Assembly (NCBI GenBank): GCA_951406725.2
Contig: OX597832.1
Coordinates: 14,074,001-14,138,000, forward strand
Reading direction: 5' to 3'
Length of the DNA: 64,000 bases
Source: Octopus vulgaris
Lineage: Eukaryota
This document shows positions 1 to 14,595 of this stretch, in pieces. The notes under the pieces are model-generated. The model saw only the letters and a list, made by a program, of their open reading frames with translations. It did no database searches and had not been told where the DNA came from. The stretch's first letter is position 1. Every line of letters begins with the position of its first letter. A program made the translations under genes and the position numbers.

Positions 1-1468
1 ACAAATACTTAGGAATCCATGAACTAGATAAGACACAACACACACAAATGAAAGAGAAAATAAAAAAAGAATATTATAGACGAGTTAGATCAATACTAAA
101 CACAGAGCTCAATGCTAAAAACAAGATAATAGGTATCAACACTTTAGCTGTCCCAGTTATAAGTTACAGCTACAATATCCTTAACTGGACACGAAATGAA
201 CTGACCAAAATAGACAGGAAAACAAGAAAAATAATGAAAGGATCTAGGATGCATCACCCAAAATCTGACATAGAAAGACTATATATACAACGTATAGAAG
301 GTGGTAGAGGCCTTATACAGCTGGAAAACTACTATAAAATAACCACCATAGGACTGCAAAAATATCTACTTCAGAAGGAAGGAAAACTGATCCAGATAGC
401 GGCAAAACACGAGCAAAACAAAAAACTGTTCTCAGTATTTAAGGAAGCTGAGAAATACAAACAAGAAATCATACCACCTAATAAACATGAAGAAGAAGAA
501 GAAGATGAAGAAACAACAAAAGCTATAAAAAAATGAAATCCAAACTAAAAATAGAACAGCAACGAACCATGATAAAACGATGGCAAGAAAAGCCCCTTCA
601 TGGTAAATACTGGACTAAACTAAACGCAAAAGAAATAGACAAAGAAAAATCCCAGCAATGGTTGAGAAGCTCAGGACTCAAAGCAGAAACAGAGGGATTT
701 TTAATTGCAGCACAAGACCAAAGCCTCCCCACAAGAAATTACCAAAAACATGTAATGAAAAGAAATATTACAAGTAACTGCAGAATATGTGGAGATGGAC
801 AAGAAACAATAAATCATATTACCTCTAGCTGCCCAGTCCTGGCTAAGAAGGAATATATTCACAGACATGAAAGAGTTGGAACTTACATACATTGGAAGCT
901 ATGCCAACATTATGGAATAACAACAGAAAAAAGATGGTATAGGCACACACCAGAAAAGGTCACAGAAAACGAGAAAGCAACCATACTCTGGGATATGCCG
1001 ATACACACAGATAGAGAAATTAAGGCCAACAGACCAGATATAGTTGTCAGAGACCATGAAGAAAAAAATGCTTTCTAATTGATGTATCAGTACCGGCAGA
1101 TGACAACGTGTCTCTAAAAGAAATGGAGAAACTCTCAAAATACAAAGACCTGGAAATAGAGGTAACTAGAATGTGGAATCTGAAAACAGAAACAATTCCT
1201 ATCATAGTAGGTGCATTAGGCATGATAAAAAAATATTCAGAAAAATACATAACAAAAACACCAGGACTTACACACACATATAACATACAGAAAATTGCAC
1301 TACTAGGCACTGCACACATCCTACGCAGAACACTTTCCATACAATAACCATCAGAGCATCACAACAAATCACAGCACATACCCAAGGCACACAGAGCTGC
1401 GCTCGGTAGTGAAGTGAAAGCACGCTATAAAAATAAAAATAAAACTACTGAATAATAATAATAATAAT
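1..1468 (+). mobile_element. R4/Dong-clade non-LTR retrotransposon, 3' part (RT end, CCHC zinc knuckle, restriction-like endonuclease, 3' UTR, (AAT)n tail); frameshifted; runs off window start
   Basis: Frame 3 from nt 3 reads KYLGIHE (RT motif 7), then GGRGL, CRICGDGQETINHITSSC (CCHC), RHERV, RPDIV...LIDVSVP...KEMEKLSKYKDL (PD-(D/E)xK RLE). Stop at 1345-1347, then 3' UTR and (AAT)n at 1451-1468. Frameshifts near 530 and 1068. Confidence 0.92.
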
Positions 1469-2497
1469 AACAAAAAACTGTTCTCAGTATTTAAGGAAGC
1501 TGACAAATACAAACAAGAAATCATACCACCTAATAAACACGAAGAAGAAGAAGATGATGATGAAGAAACAACAAAAGCTATAAAACAAATGAAATCGAAA
1601 CTAAAAATAGAACAGCAACGAACCATGATAAAACGATGGCAAGAAAAGCCCCTTCATGGTAAATACTGCACTAAACTAAACGCAAAAGAAATAGACAAAG
1701 AAAAATCCCAGCAATGGTTGAGAAGCTCAGGACTCAAAGCAGAAACAGAGGGATTTTTAATTGCAGCACAAGACCAAAGCATCCCCACCAGAAATTACCA
1801 AAAGCATGTAATGAAAAGAAATATTACAAGTAACTGCAGAATATGTGGAGATGGACAAGAAACAATAAATCATATTATCTTTAGCTGCCCAGTCCTGGCT
1901 AAGAAGGAATATATTCACAGACATGACAGAGTTGGAACCTACATACATTGGAAGCTATGCCAACATTATGGAATAACAACAGATAAAAGATGGTATAGGC
2001 ACACACCAGAAAAGGTCACAGAAAACGAGAAAGCAACCATACTCTGGGATATGCCGATACACACAGATAGAGAAATTAAGGCCAACAGACCAGATATAGT
2101 TGTCAGAGATCATGAAGAAAAAAATGCTTTCTAATTGATGTATCAATACCGGCAGATGACAACGTGTCTCTAAAAGAAATGGAGAAACTCTCAAAATACA
2201 AAGACCTGGAAATAGAGATAACTAGAATGTGGAACCTGAAAACAGAAACAATTCCTATCCTAGTAGGTGCATTAGGCACGATAAAAAAATATTCAGACAA
2301 ATACATAACAAAAACACCAGGACTTACAAACACATATAACATACAGAAAATTGCACTACTAGGCACTGCACACATCCTACGCAGAACACTTTCCATGCAA
2401 TAAACATCAGAGCATCACAACAAATCACCACACATACCCAAGGCACACAGAGCTGCGCTCGGTAGTGAAGTGAAAGCACGCTATAAAAATAAAACTA

Positions 2498-2538
<41 letters not shown>
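1469..2538 (+). mobile_element. Second, 5'-truncated copy of the same R4/Dong element, directly after the (AAT)n tail of copy 1
   Basis: Begins AACAAAAAACTGTTCTCAG (equals nt ~417 of copy 1). Near-identical ORFs 1589-2134 and 2164-2403, same 3' UTR, (AAT)n tail at 2501-2538. Confidence 0.92.
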
Positions 2539-2539
<1 letters not shown>

Positions 2540-3321
2540 TATTATTATTATTATCATTATTATTATTATTTTTATTATCATTATTATTATTGTTTTATTA
2601 TCATTATTAATATATACTATATTATTATTGTCGTTGTTTTTGTGGTTGTTACTGCTGTTGCTATTATTATCCTTGTTAATATTGTCATATAACATGTGCT
2701 AATTTGAGATAGATTTCTACTGCATCACCTGCTACACTTCCGTGTTCCTGAGGTGTGTGCAGATTTGTGTTCTTCGTCTAACACAAAGTACGTTGCATCC
2801 ACAAAGTTGCCAACGTCTCTCCTCGATTCCTCAGATGACTGTGAGGTTTCGTACATATTTTACCTGGAATGCCTTTGGAGCGGGTAATTAGGATGTTAGA
2901 GTGTTTCTTCACTCACGTTTTCATTTGCAGGTCTCTTACCACAGCCCTAGAAACGGCAATTGTAGTGATGTTTTGATCTTTAAGCAACTTTCGCAATCGA
3001 TATTGATGGGTTAAAATAAATCAATCTCTTAAGTCCTGCTAAGACACGAGGTGTGTGTTTCAAGCCACTACGAAAACGTCGAGGCTTTTTGTTTGATAAT
3101 ACACTACAACTTTAAAAACAAACTTTGCGTCTCTAACATTCACTCTAACACATTTGTGCGGAATAAATCGGCAATTACCAATCAATGGTTTCATTCTATA
3201 TTAACATTTATAATTTGTCCAATCGAAAATTATAAATAAATAGTATAAAAGATTCTTCAGGCTGGTAATATTTAAAACTTACCTGTTACACACTGTGTAC
3301 ATACATACACACACACACACA

Positions 3322-3390
<69 letters not shown>

Positions 3391-4717
3391 TTGTGTGTAT
3401 ATATACATATATATGTATGTGTGTTGATAACACGTAAGTGAATGAGGTTTGACCAGGATGATCTGATGTCATCAGACAGCATATATAACGATCATCATGT
3501 GTTTGAACCTTCTGCTTGGTGGTCCAGCAGAGTTGGTTCTCATCTCCTCCTAGTTTCCAGCTTTACTCCTTTATCTGTCTCCATAACCATCAAGAGATAC
3601 TTCTTACTAATTCTCCCATCCTGCGCAGAGCCACCTATCGCTCTAACATCTCCTTCCAGTCGAGATGGATAATCGTTGTAAGCATCATCCATTCCGGCAA
3701 CCTCGGCTTAGAAAAGCCACGAATGCCAAATGTCTGCTTCGCAATCCAGCAGAATGCTCTCGTATTTGGCACACTTCAATCCGTAGGACTAACCCCACTC
3801 GTCTTCTCAAGAGACAATAAGATCGATCAAGATTAAGTTCTTGGTCTTTCCAAACCACCGAACTACATCTAGCCTTAGTGTTATAAGAATGAGCTGAGGT
3901 AGCTGCAGACTGCCTCATAGATCCACTTTTATACCTTATCACTGGGACACATACAGTAAGCATTGTATTACATTTGCTTTCTTTAATGGTGTTTTCTTTC
4001 TTTCGCGCGTTTATTTACTGCTGTTTTGAAATCTAATTATGATGTTTCTTGAGACCTTCCTGCTGTAAGGAATGTGGAAGTGTTGAAAATACATTGTCAT
4101 GGTGCCACTTGCATCTATCTTCATTAAATGCTCATTTAAACCTTAAAGGAATATGTGCCAGAATGTCGCTTTTTCTACAAAGTCTACAAATATTCTTTTC
4201 TCCTTTCTTCTTCCTTCATTTCTTCGTATCTTCTTTTACACTTCTTCCTTCCTTCTTTTTTCCTTTGTTATTTCTTTCTTTCTTTGGCCTTTGCGAATTT
4301 TCTATGGTACCTGAATAACTAACACGCTCATCCAGGGTGTGCCAGTTCATCATCACCATTCGTAATTTTGCGTCTGAAATTTTATAAGAAAATTTTATAG
4401 TATATTACAGCAATTTTTCTTACTTTCAGCACCATCCATATGTCAAATCTTGCAAAATGCTTAAATTACACACCAGAAAAACATATAGTGCATCAAGAGA
4501 AAAATCGCCTGAAGTCATATTGTCATTAGTGAGAACTATTATCATATAAGGAGTAATATTTCAGCTTGGAAAAAGTTAGATTTACAGATTTTCATACACA
4601 CACGTAAACACATTCATGCACGCATATACATACATCTATAAACGTATCACAAATACATACGTACATACTTGCAAGCATGCATACATTCGTAAATATATAC
4701 ATACATACATACATATA

Positions 4718-4819
<102 letters not shown>

Positions 4820-4937
4820 AATGATCACATACGTATACACAAACGCACTAGAAGAATGATAGTCTGATGTGACATTTCAAATTTTAGAGTGTTTGAAGAT
4901 ATCATTCCGTTCCCTAATTTATGTGTGTGTCTTTATC

Positions 4938-4999
<62 letters not shown>

Positions 5000-5205
5000 A
5001 ATGAAATGTCATTTCAGTGAGAAAAGAGAAAAAAAATAAAGTGCGCACAAAGGAAAGAATTCATAATATATATTGTGAAGATGGAAATAGTCACATAATT
5101 ATTTCGAAATTTTCCTTAAAAGAACATAATATATTATATACGACACGGAAACCATTTCCGTATCGGAAATATAACATCTGGATATTACGTGCAATCTATT
5201 AAAAC

Positions 5206-5263
<58 letters not shown>

Positions 5264-5316
5264 TATTAACGGCCTTCCAAGTTTAAGCGCACATGAAAAT
5301 ACATATATACAACCAT

Positions 5317-5351
<35 letters not shown>

Positions 5352-5477
5352 TATATAGATACATATATATATATATAGAGATAGATAGTTAGATATAGAT
5401 ATATATATATATAGATATAGATATAGTTATAGATAGATAGATATGCATATATGTATGTGTATTCGTATGCATACGTA

Positions 5478-5559
<82 letters not shown>

Positions 5560-5763
5560 TATACATAAACGCATACACATTGACATACACCCAAACACCC
5601 TTATATATATGTGCTCAGAAATACGGAGATGTAAGGACCGGAGATACAGAGAAACAAAAAGAAAGATAAATGTATTTATATATATGTATAAGGAGAGAGA
5701 GACAGAGAAAGAGATAAATGGATAGATAGATAGATAAATAGATAGATAGAGATATATATATAT

Positions 5764-5827
<64 letters not shown>

Positions 5828-6142
5828 ATAGATAGAGATTTATTTAGGTGGCCATTGATATAGAGAAATAAGATCTACGTAACTAAATTGTATTTATTTG
5901 CGTGAATGCATGTGTGTAAAAAACAGTTCGAGAAGAGAAAGAAATATTTGCGTGTGCACTGTATCATAGCTAAATATTATAGAACTATTTCTGAATAAAT
6001 ATGTGTGCGTGTATATATATATACATATATATATATATACAGATACATACATAACTACATACATACCCGTATAGTGGTCGATGGAAATCGTGGATTTATT
6101 ACGTACACACTTGTGAACTATCAAGAGGGACATAATCGCACA

Positions 6143-6187
<45 letters not shown>

Positions 6188-6588
6188 GTATATATATATA
6201 AACGTATATTGCCGTTATCCAGAAATGGAAATCAAATCTAACATCAGATTCTAATAATTTATCGTCCTATCTTGTACAAAATATTGCAAATGTGCATAAA
6301 GTTTCATTAAAAGATACCCATTTCCCTGCACGTTTTTAGTGCCAATGTTCGGATCATGTGAATTTTTCATAATTCCATTCTCTACCCACTCGGAAAAATT
6401 CATTCCAACAAATCCCTTTATACTCTTAAGTCACAAATCTAAGCAGTATTTATTGAAAATTTTCATTAAAAGTATCCATTTTTCTGGATGTTATGAGGTA
6501 GCGAATTCGGAGCTGTATAACTCTGTATTAATGCCCTTATATTTCATGTTTATTTCATTATTTGTTTGCAATGTTCTCTCTGCCGCCC

Positions 6589-6619
<31 letters not shown>

Positions 6620-7239
6620 GCTCTCACTGCAAAGCTTACAGATGTGATGCTGAACAGAAATTATGTTGCTTTGAGGGGAATGTAAAACTTGACAAATTGC
6701 TCCCCCTTCATTATTGGACTCCCGTGATGTTTGTTTAAAAAAGAGAGATTATAACTGTGATAACATAATTAAAGCAATATATAGAAAGAAATAATTAGAC
6801 TTAAAATATCATAGAAATTATTAGTGTGGAAGTGTTAAAAATTCGTTAGCAGAAATCCGCTCGGCGGGCGGTCTTTCTTCTAGTGTATATAAAGATCTTT
6901 CTATATCCATATATTCTATTAATGTATGTAGCAATAAAACATACTGTAGCATAAAAACGTCTTTCTCGACGTGCTACATGATATATAGAAAAGCGTCAAA
7001 TTAATCAGAGCATTCTAGAAAAAATTTTCTCGGACTATTGAAATTGCAAGTTATTATTTCACCCTCTCGTTGTAATTTATATATTGGTCATCCGTCTTCG
7101 GCTATCTTCCACGGTACACTCTTTGTTTTTTCGTGTCTCTCCTAGATGTTTTTTTTTATCTCATTTCACCTTCGTGGCTCTTTTTTATTTGCGTACCAAT
7201 GATGACATCTATGAACATAAACTTAGCAATTTATTGAAG

Positions 7240-7653
7240 AATTAAAAAATGCCCAAACTTTGGCCTTCACGTTTACCCCAACCATAGAACGGGGCGCCAC
7301 TGCATGGTGCCAAAGATTCCAAAATCACCATCAAAATACAGGTCCAGATACTGCAACGGCTTGGGTTTCAGAGGACCACAGCTCTTTAACATCCTCCCTA
7401 AATGCCTGAGAGACTTACATGGTTAAATGTGGGTTTCTTTAAAACTAAACTGGATCTCTTCTTGTCGGGGATCCCAGATGAACCTACCTCACGACAGGAG
7501 ACACAGATGCGGGCAGCAGCATCGAACTCCCTTGTTGATCAAGTGCCACGTATCAGAGGTGGATTTACATATTAGTGTAGCTTATTCAGCGGTGGTGCCC
7601 TAGCATGGCCGCGGCCTTCGGACTAAACATTTTTAAGGATTTAAGGATTTAAG
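7240..7653 (+). mobile_element. CR1-group LINE 3' fragment (ORF2 C-terminus and 3' UTR with short tandem tail)
   Basis: Translates GRHCMVPKIP...CNGLGFRGPQLFNILPKCLRDLHG..FFKTKLDLFLSGIPDEP...RAAASNSL, typical of CR1-group ORF2 ends. Ends in TTTAAGGA repeats. Confidence 0.75.
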
Positions 7654-8194
7654 AAAGGAAACTAGGTATCAAATACATGAACTTCAAAAACAAATATACT
7701 ACAATGAAAACGACAATTTGTAAATGATGAGTTGCACAAAATCGGTAAAAAGAATCTGGAGAACGATAAATATTCTTTGTCGCTTGAAAAGCTTCGAACA
7801 GTAGCAAATGTGTCCTCAAATGTCTCCCCTTTGGTTTGAGTGAGAACGTTTACAAGAAATAAAGACCAAACCTAACATTTCCTATAAAGAATGTTACGGT
7901 CTTAGCTGTATTTCTGTATTGAGAACTGCCAGATTTATCAGGGCAGTTGCGGGGGCTAAAATCAAACAACAGCGACAATAACTATAATACGTAAATGAAT
8001 AACACAGAACCTGATGTACATGCATATAGAGCAATAACAAACACTATAGTTATAGAAAAAATAGCGAGAAATACAGACAACAAAATAATTACGGTTGTGA
8101 CAAGAAGCCATAAAATTGAGGAGAAAAATGAAAATTGAAACAATGTAAAATAACTGTAACATTAACTAGTGATCATAAGCAAAAAGTAAGACAG

Positions 8195-8537
8195 CAAAGA
8201 CTGTGGTTTCGATTCCCAGACCGGGCGTTGTGTGTGTTTTTTGAGCGAAAACACCTAAAGCTCCACGAGGCTCCGGCAGGGAGTGGTGGCGACCCCTGTT
8301 GTACTCTTTCGCTCCAACTTTCTCTCACTCTTTCTTCCTGCTTCTTGTCCCCGACTTCCTATGCAACCCTTGAGCCTGGATGCGCATTCATCCATCCGTC
8401 GATGCTCTCAGTGTCGGGGGTTGACATGCTTTAAGTTCTGCGGGTCTTACGAAAAGCAAAGGACAACGTTTCGGACTTCTCCCACTACACTCTGGGACGA
8501 AGACCACTTCGCTCAACAAACAAACAAACAAACAAAC
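8195..8537 (+). mobile_element. tRNA-type SINE (family B head, alternative 3' half, (CAAA)n tail)
   Basis: B-box-like GGTTTCGATTCCC. Body ACCGGGCGTTGTG...AAAGCTCCACGAGGCTCCGGCAGG is shared with the elements at 30261 and 38382. Tail (CAAA)5. Confidence 0.75.
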
Positions 8538-11500
8538 ATCAAAGACAGCATCTATAATATTGATAGAATTAACAAAGTTAGCTAAATATTAAACCATATA
8601 TGATTTTCTCAATGTAGAGAATATGTTCTTTTTAACAGCTGAATGACGCTCTACCGCCATGTGAAAAGACAGATCTAAAAAAAACCTGAGGTGTTGGTGG
8701 CTGCAATGCCTTTAGAATAATTATATATCTAATTGATGTAAGTTTACCTGAGGCTAACAATATCTAACATAAAAATGTTGCTTACAACAAAAACAACAAT
8801 ATTCCGAAGAATACGATGAACAGTATTAGCATGAACATGGTAAAGAACAACATAGAACCAATAGCATTTTTAAATGAATGTATAATTAAGATTTTCAATT
8901 TGAATTAAATCTCCGTTAGAATAATAATTCTTGAAAATAAAAATATTAAGCTTTTATTTTATATTTCTTTGTATGGCGTAAAGAAATAATTATTTCCTCA
9001 GTTGTAATAATGGTTTTCCTATTCTAGCTTTAGGGATAAAATATAAAACAAATCCATTTTGTAGAGTTTGTTGATGCAATGAATGAAATCAAATTTTGTA
9101 TATTGTTTGTAGACAGTTTTTGTTTTCTTTTTGTTATTAATTAATCGTTTCTAACAGAAATTTCAAATTTGTTGAGGGAATGTTAGAAACCTTTCTAGGT
9201 ACTAGGTTTTAGTAACAAGGCCAGGGTAGAAATATATGGTCATTTCAAGTCTAGTGCTTGACTAGGATATATTTATTCAGCGTCGAAAGGATGCAAAGTA
9301 GATTCGACATCGAAGTTATTTAAACTCTGAATCGAAAGAATTGCAATAACAAGCTCATAACACCTTGTCTATTTTATTATCAAGTTTTTCAATCCAAAGA
9401 ACTTCCTTGAGAATCAGTATTAAACGTTGAACTAGCAAAAGTTTTGTGTTTAGCAATGTTTTCAGTTGAAGCTGCCAACATCGTTACAATTTGTAGATGT
9501 AATAATTAGATTACTTCAACAGACTTCAAACACCTCACGTCGAACACCAACAGATGATTCCAGCCGAAGTGGAAAGATGAAACATATCAAACTATTGTAA
9601 AACATGCTATCTGAAAGATAGTGCATTTGCAACTAGTCTCACCTAAGATTAGTTGTGTTGCTGACCTCTGATAATGGGTGGGAGTACGAGAGAGAAATAG
9701 AGAAGGACCGAGAGCAAGGGAGAGACAGATGAACAATTGAAGACAGGTAATACGCCATGAAATTCGATTTTAACTTATTGACGAATTGTTGAGTAAGATC
9801 TCCGATTGCTAAAATTTATAAATTAATATTAAGATGGCTTCTAGTGCACCTTCATCCTTTTAAGCTACAGAAAGCTGATAATTGGTGAAATAGAATTAAA
9901 TGCATTGTGTGAAGTATTAGCAAAAATATATGAAGGAGATTATCATGCAAACATAAATGTTGACTAAACAACAAAGCTGATAGAGACATACGTAAGTGTG
10001 TATACTCTACCCATTGTATCATATCAATGTCAGGTATATTAGTCGATGCAACTTATTATCTGTTACCAGAGAAAACGGTTGCCACGGATATATGTAATGT
10101 TAGCAAAGGTGTGCAAGAGTGGGATATTCTTAAGGTCTAAATAACAATAAGTACAACAATGAAATAAACTGCCCGATCAAGACAATTAGACCTACAATTG
10201 TAAACATATTGGAATATTTCAGAATAAAAAAAAAATTGTAATATAGAATTGACAACGTAGAAATTAAATTGAAACTTCTGTTTCCAAATATAAGTCTCCT
10301 TACATATGAAAATAGTAAACCTAGTAACTATAAAAGAAATGTGATTTCACTAGTGGATGCCCCGTTGTTAATTAATGAATATTTACTCAGGACACAATAT
10401 TTATTAGGAACCAAGCTGGTTGAATGTAATTCAAACAAAAGATGTACAGGTAAGTTCTATGAAGCGTTCAGCAAGAAAGTGCAAATGATTTAGGTTCCAT
10501 ACAGAAATGTGGTCTGGTATAGAGCGCGAAGTTTATCTCTGATAAGAGAAAGGTTCATCAAATTTTTCAGCCAGATCCCCTGGTTCTGCCGGATCTGCGA
10601 GAAATAGTCCGCATTTTCCTCATTGCTGCTCTTATTCCTGATACATTTTTGAGTGGAACACATGTATGACAGTGTATTTCGCTGCCATATATTTCTAGAG
10701 ATAGATCCTCATTGGCTGCCTGCTTTTGATCTGAGTGTTGTGCTTTATTCAGGAACAATTTATTTTATGAAATTCTGACAGAAGATCACCACTACATTCC
10801 TTTTCTGTAGCAATTTCAATTTGATATCAAACATCAGTCAAAACTAAGAGGTGATCATCTATATGTAAGGCAAACGTTATGTCATCCTAATCAAAAACTA
10901 AGCCGCGTGTCATAGAATAAAACGTAAGATCATAAGACACCGTATTTTGCATATATGCATGAAGAACATGGATATAGCGTGTAAACTCCATATTCCTTAC
11001 ACATCTATAAAGATGTAAAAAGACTACGAACTATTGGAAAAGTAATAACGGGTACTGATTAGATGTTCGATTAACGTAGATCACGGTGCATAGACAAACA
11101 TCTAGAGAATAAGCAATTCCTAAGTTCTCATAAGTTCTTTCCTAAGGAATATATGACCCCCGATCAACGATAGCACTAAGTAACGAGAATATAGGTTTTC
11201 AGCACGCAAATTCAGTAATTTTCTCACACTGTCAGAAAATAATATGCATGGAATATATGTGTTGGCCTGTATAATTCAATGTGAGCGAGTTTGTAAATAT
11301 GTGGTAATTTGCATATATGCAGATACTCAAACATATATTGCATAGATAAAAATACACGCACAAGCGCACACACAGAAATACGAACGCACATAAATACATA
11401 TATACATGTATATATATACATATATATGTGTGTGTGTGTGTGTGTGTCTGTGTGTATGTATGTGTGTGTGTCTATGTAAAGAGAGAGAGAGAGAGAGAGA

Positions 11501-11581
11501 AAAACAGATAGACACTCAGACAAATGGGAAGAATCAGAGATAGACAGAGAGACAGAGAGAGATATATTTCCTTGAATATAC

Positions 11582-11612
<31 letters not shown>

Positions 11613-12502
11613 AAAGTTTTATCAATATTAAACAAATTAGAAAAAGCAACGGAGTTACTTAACGACACAAATTTTCGCACATAAATAGGTAGATAGATGG
11701 ATTGATAGATACATAGATAAAATTATAGGTACATGGATAAATAGATAGGTAAATAGATATATAGATACATAGATAGATAGATTGAGAGAGAGAGAGAGAG
11801 ATAGTTGATACATGGTTATCCCTATATATTGAAATACTTATGTATTTCCTACGTACGCACACACACGCGCATACACATCTATGTGTGTTATTGGTTTATA
11901 TGGTAGTACCATATAAATTATATTAATGATATTTCTATTAGGTTACCATGAGGAATGAATTTGTGACATATGGTTTCTTTAAAATTAATTCCTCTCCAGA
12001 AGAAAACTTAAGAAACATCTGAAAATTATCCCATAAGTTAGGAATTTGTAATTACTATACGAAAAGTTAGATTATTGAATTTTATCTGGATTACCGATAA
12101 AAAATATTATGCTATTGGCATCAAAAATGAGGCAGAAATTTTATGAAAATATTTTCTTTTGGCTACGTTGGTAAGAAAGACATGCATTCGAAGCGCACAC
12201 GTGCAAATCTGTTTAATTGTAATCCTGTTTGCACTGATTGCATGCATTCCTGTGACTCTCTGCTTCTCGTAATATCGGAGCGTACACAGAGATAGTTTTA
12301 AATCATTCGGTTCAATCATGACTGCATGACTGCAGAAAGTCATTTGTGTAGAACTGGTAATAGAGATATATTTAACGTTTTTATATCGCATACATGATAG
12401 ATGTAACGTCAACAGAGGAGTCCAGCGTAATCCATAGGCTGGGGAGGTGCAGCTGACGTGTAGAATGTCCAGTAGAAAATCCAGCTTCGAAATTTCCCCA
12501 AC

Positions 12503-12547
12503 ACACCTGATGAAAGCTGGAGGATATACCAACCGAAACGTTGTGTT
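12503..12547 (+). ncRNA. Minimal type I hammerhead ribozyme motif, family 1 (stem II partly degenerate)
   Basis: ACAC-CTGATGA-aagctggaggatataccaacc-GAAAC-GTT-GTGTT; stem I ACAC/GTGT; palindromic stem III ACGT. Confidence 0.7.
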
Positions 12548-13068
12548 AACAACAAACAGGATGAGGACAAATATCCGTCAAATTTAAATAACGTAACTAT
12601 TGTAAATAATACTCATTTTAACCTCTGTTTTTGTCGAAAAGTAAATCATAATGACAATATGACAATCACTTCTAAATTTATCGTCTTTATTAAAGTGTTG
12701 TATCTATGAAGCACACACTTATCGTTTGCGTGAAACATCAAATCCTAATTTAGATTCTATCAATATTCCCAGCTAGGTCAGGGTCATAGAAAGTTTGTTC
12801 AGTAGTGATGTATTCTGTACAGCCTTGTCTCTGTTAGTGTGTAGTTTCCAGCCAGATGCTAAACCGGATTGTTTGAGTCCCACGTGATATCTGATGATGC
12901 GTATTTATTTATTTACATCTGATATACAAAAAAGGTTTGCTTAAACCTGGGTTTTCTCCCTTATAAATAAGCTGTTACGAACTTGGTACTTGTGTGAACA
13001 TTTGCTACCGTGGTAACAATATATTTATTGTCTCCGTGCTGTTTGTAAGCACTGATAAACACACATAC

Positions 13069-13166
<98 letters not shown>

Positions 13167-13214
13167 GCACATATATATATATATATACATACATATATTG
13201 GGGTGTTACAGTCG

Positions 13215-13473
13215 CATAAGCACGCCAACACCTGTTGTCAACTGTTCATGGGGGACAAACGCAGATATTGATATATTCATACCTATATATATATATATAT
13301 GGACGTATAAATACACACGACATGATTCTTTCAGTTTCTTTTTATCAATTCCACTTTCACGCTTTGATGGACCCGAGGTTAGAGTAGGGGTCACCTACAA
13401 ATGCTACCACGCAATGTGACAGAGCATGGAACAATGTGGTTAATAATTTGGCTTCTTACCACACACCTACGCC
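13215..13473 (-). mobile_element. Degenerate SINE family A copy
   Basis: Colinear similarity to 18482-18898 (GGGGACAAAC, TCTTTCAGTTTC, CCCGAGG, CCACGCA, CTTACCACAC). Confidence 0.55.
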
Positions 13474-13897
13474 ACAAAGATATTTTGATATTCACACATA
13501 CAAACTAGCACATGGACGTATACAGGCATACGCACATACTCGCTCCCACTCATAAAAACACAGAATATGAACTGAAATCAATTCCGCCAACTCCTTTCTA
13601 CCAAAGACGAATAACTAACGTTTGTATTGTTAGGTAATAAAAAAAGTATTCTCGCATAGATTTTTACCGGTAAATTTGTGATGTTTCTATAACTATTCAA
13701 CCATTTAATGACCAATATTTCCTGATAATATTATTTTCTACAAAATAACCATATTGAAGCAAAGCGTAATGTGAATAAATTGTTCACGTCCGTATATAAC
13801 CTATATATTGATATATACAAATATACATACATATATACGTATACACAGATACACACACAACAACAAACATATATGTTTATAAATATACATATACAAG

Positions 13898-14016
<119 letters not shown>

Positions 14017-14489
14017 GCATATATATATATATATACATATATGTATGTATACACACACACACACATATATATATATATATCTACAGAGAGACAGAGAAAG
14101 AGAGGGAGATGCACACAATACTATATTATATCTTTATATTTTTTGCGACTATAGTTGAATTCAATATAAACAAGCATAAGAGCATAACAGATGTATTAAG
14201 CACACACACATACTAAGTCCTCATGTATATAAATGTATATGCATGCACACACGCACATACTATATATATATATATATATATATATAAATGTATAAATGCA
14301 TACATACATATATACACATATATAAATATACATGTATATATATATGTATGTATATGTGTATATATTTATATATATTTGTATATATATATATATATATAGA
14401 TATAGGATATATATATAGATATAGATATATAGATATATATATAGTTAGATAGATAGATTGATATATATATATATATACTGTATATATAT

Positions 14490-14497
14490 ATATATAT

Positions 14498-14594
<97 letters not shown>
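14490..14594. repeat. (GATA)n microsatellite; representative of others at 5720-5835, 45095-45326 and 54347-54441
   Basis: Direct inspection. Confidence 0.95.

Positions 14595-14595
<1 letters not shown>

Noticed and set aside
3440-3990. GC-richer segment with ORFs faintly resembling an RLE-LINE C-terminus
   Set aside because: Similarity is too weak to assign without a search.
5070-5120. GTGAAGA-t-GGAAATA...TATTTC-GAAA hammerhead-like motif
   Set aside because: The core is mutated and there is no stem III, cleavage triplet or stem I support in very AT-rich sequence.
10567-10758. 63-aa minus-strand ORF in GC-richer sequence
   Set aside because: No recognisable domain, non-ATG start and no convincing splice boundaries.
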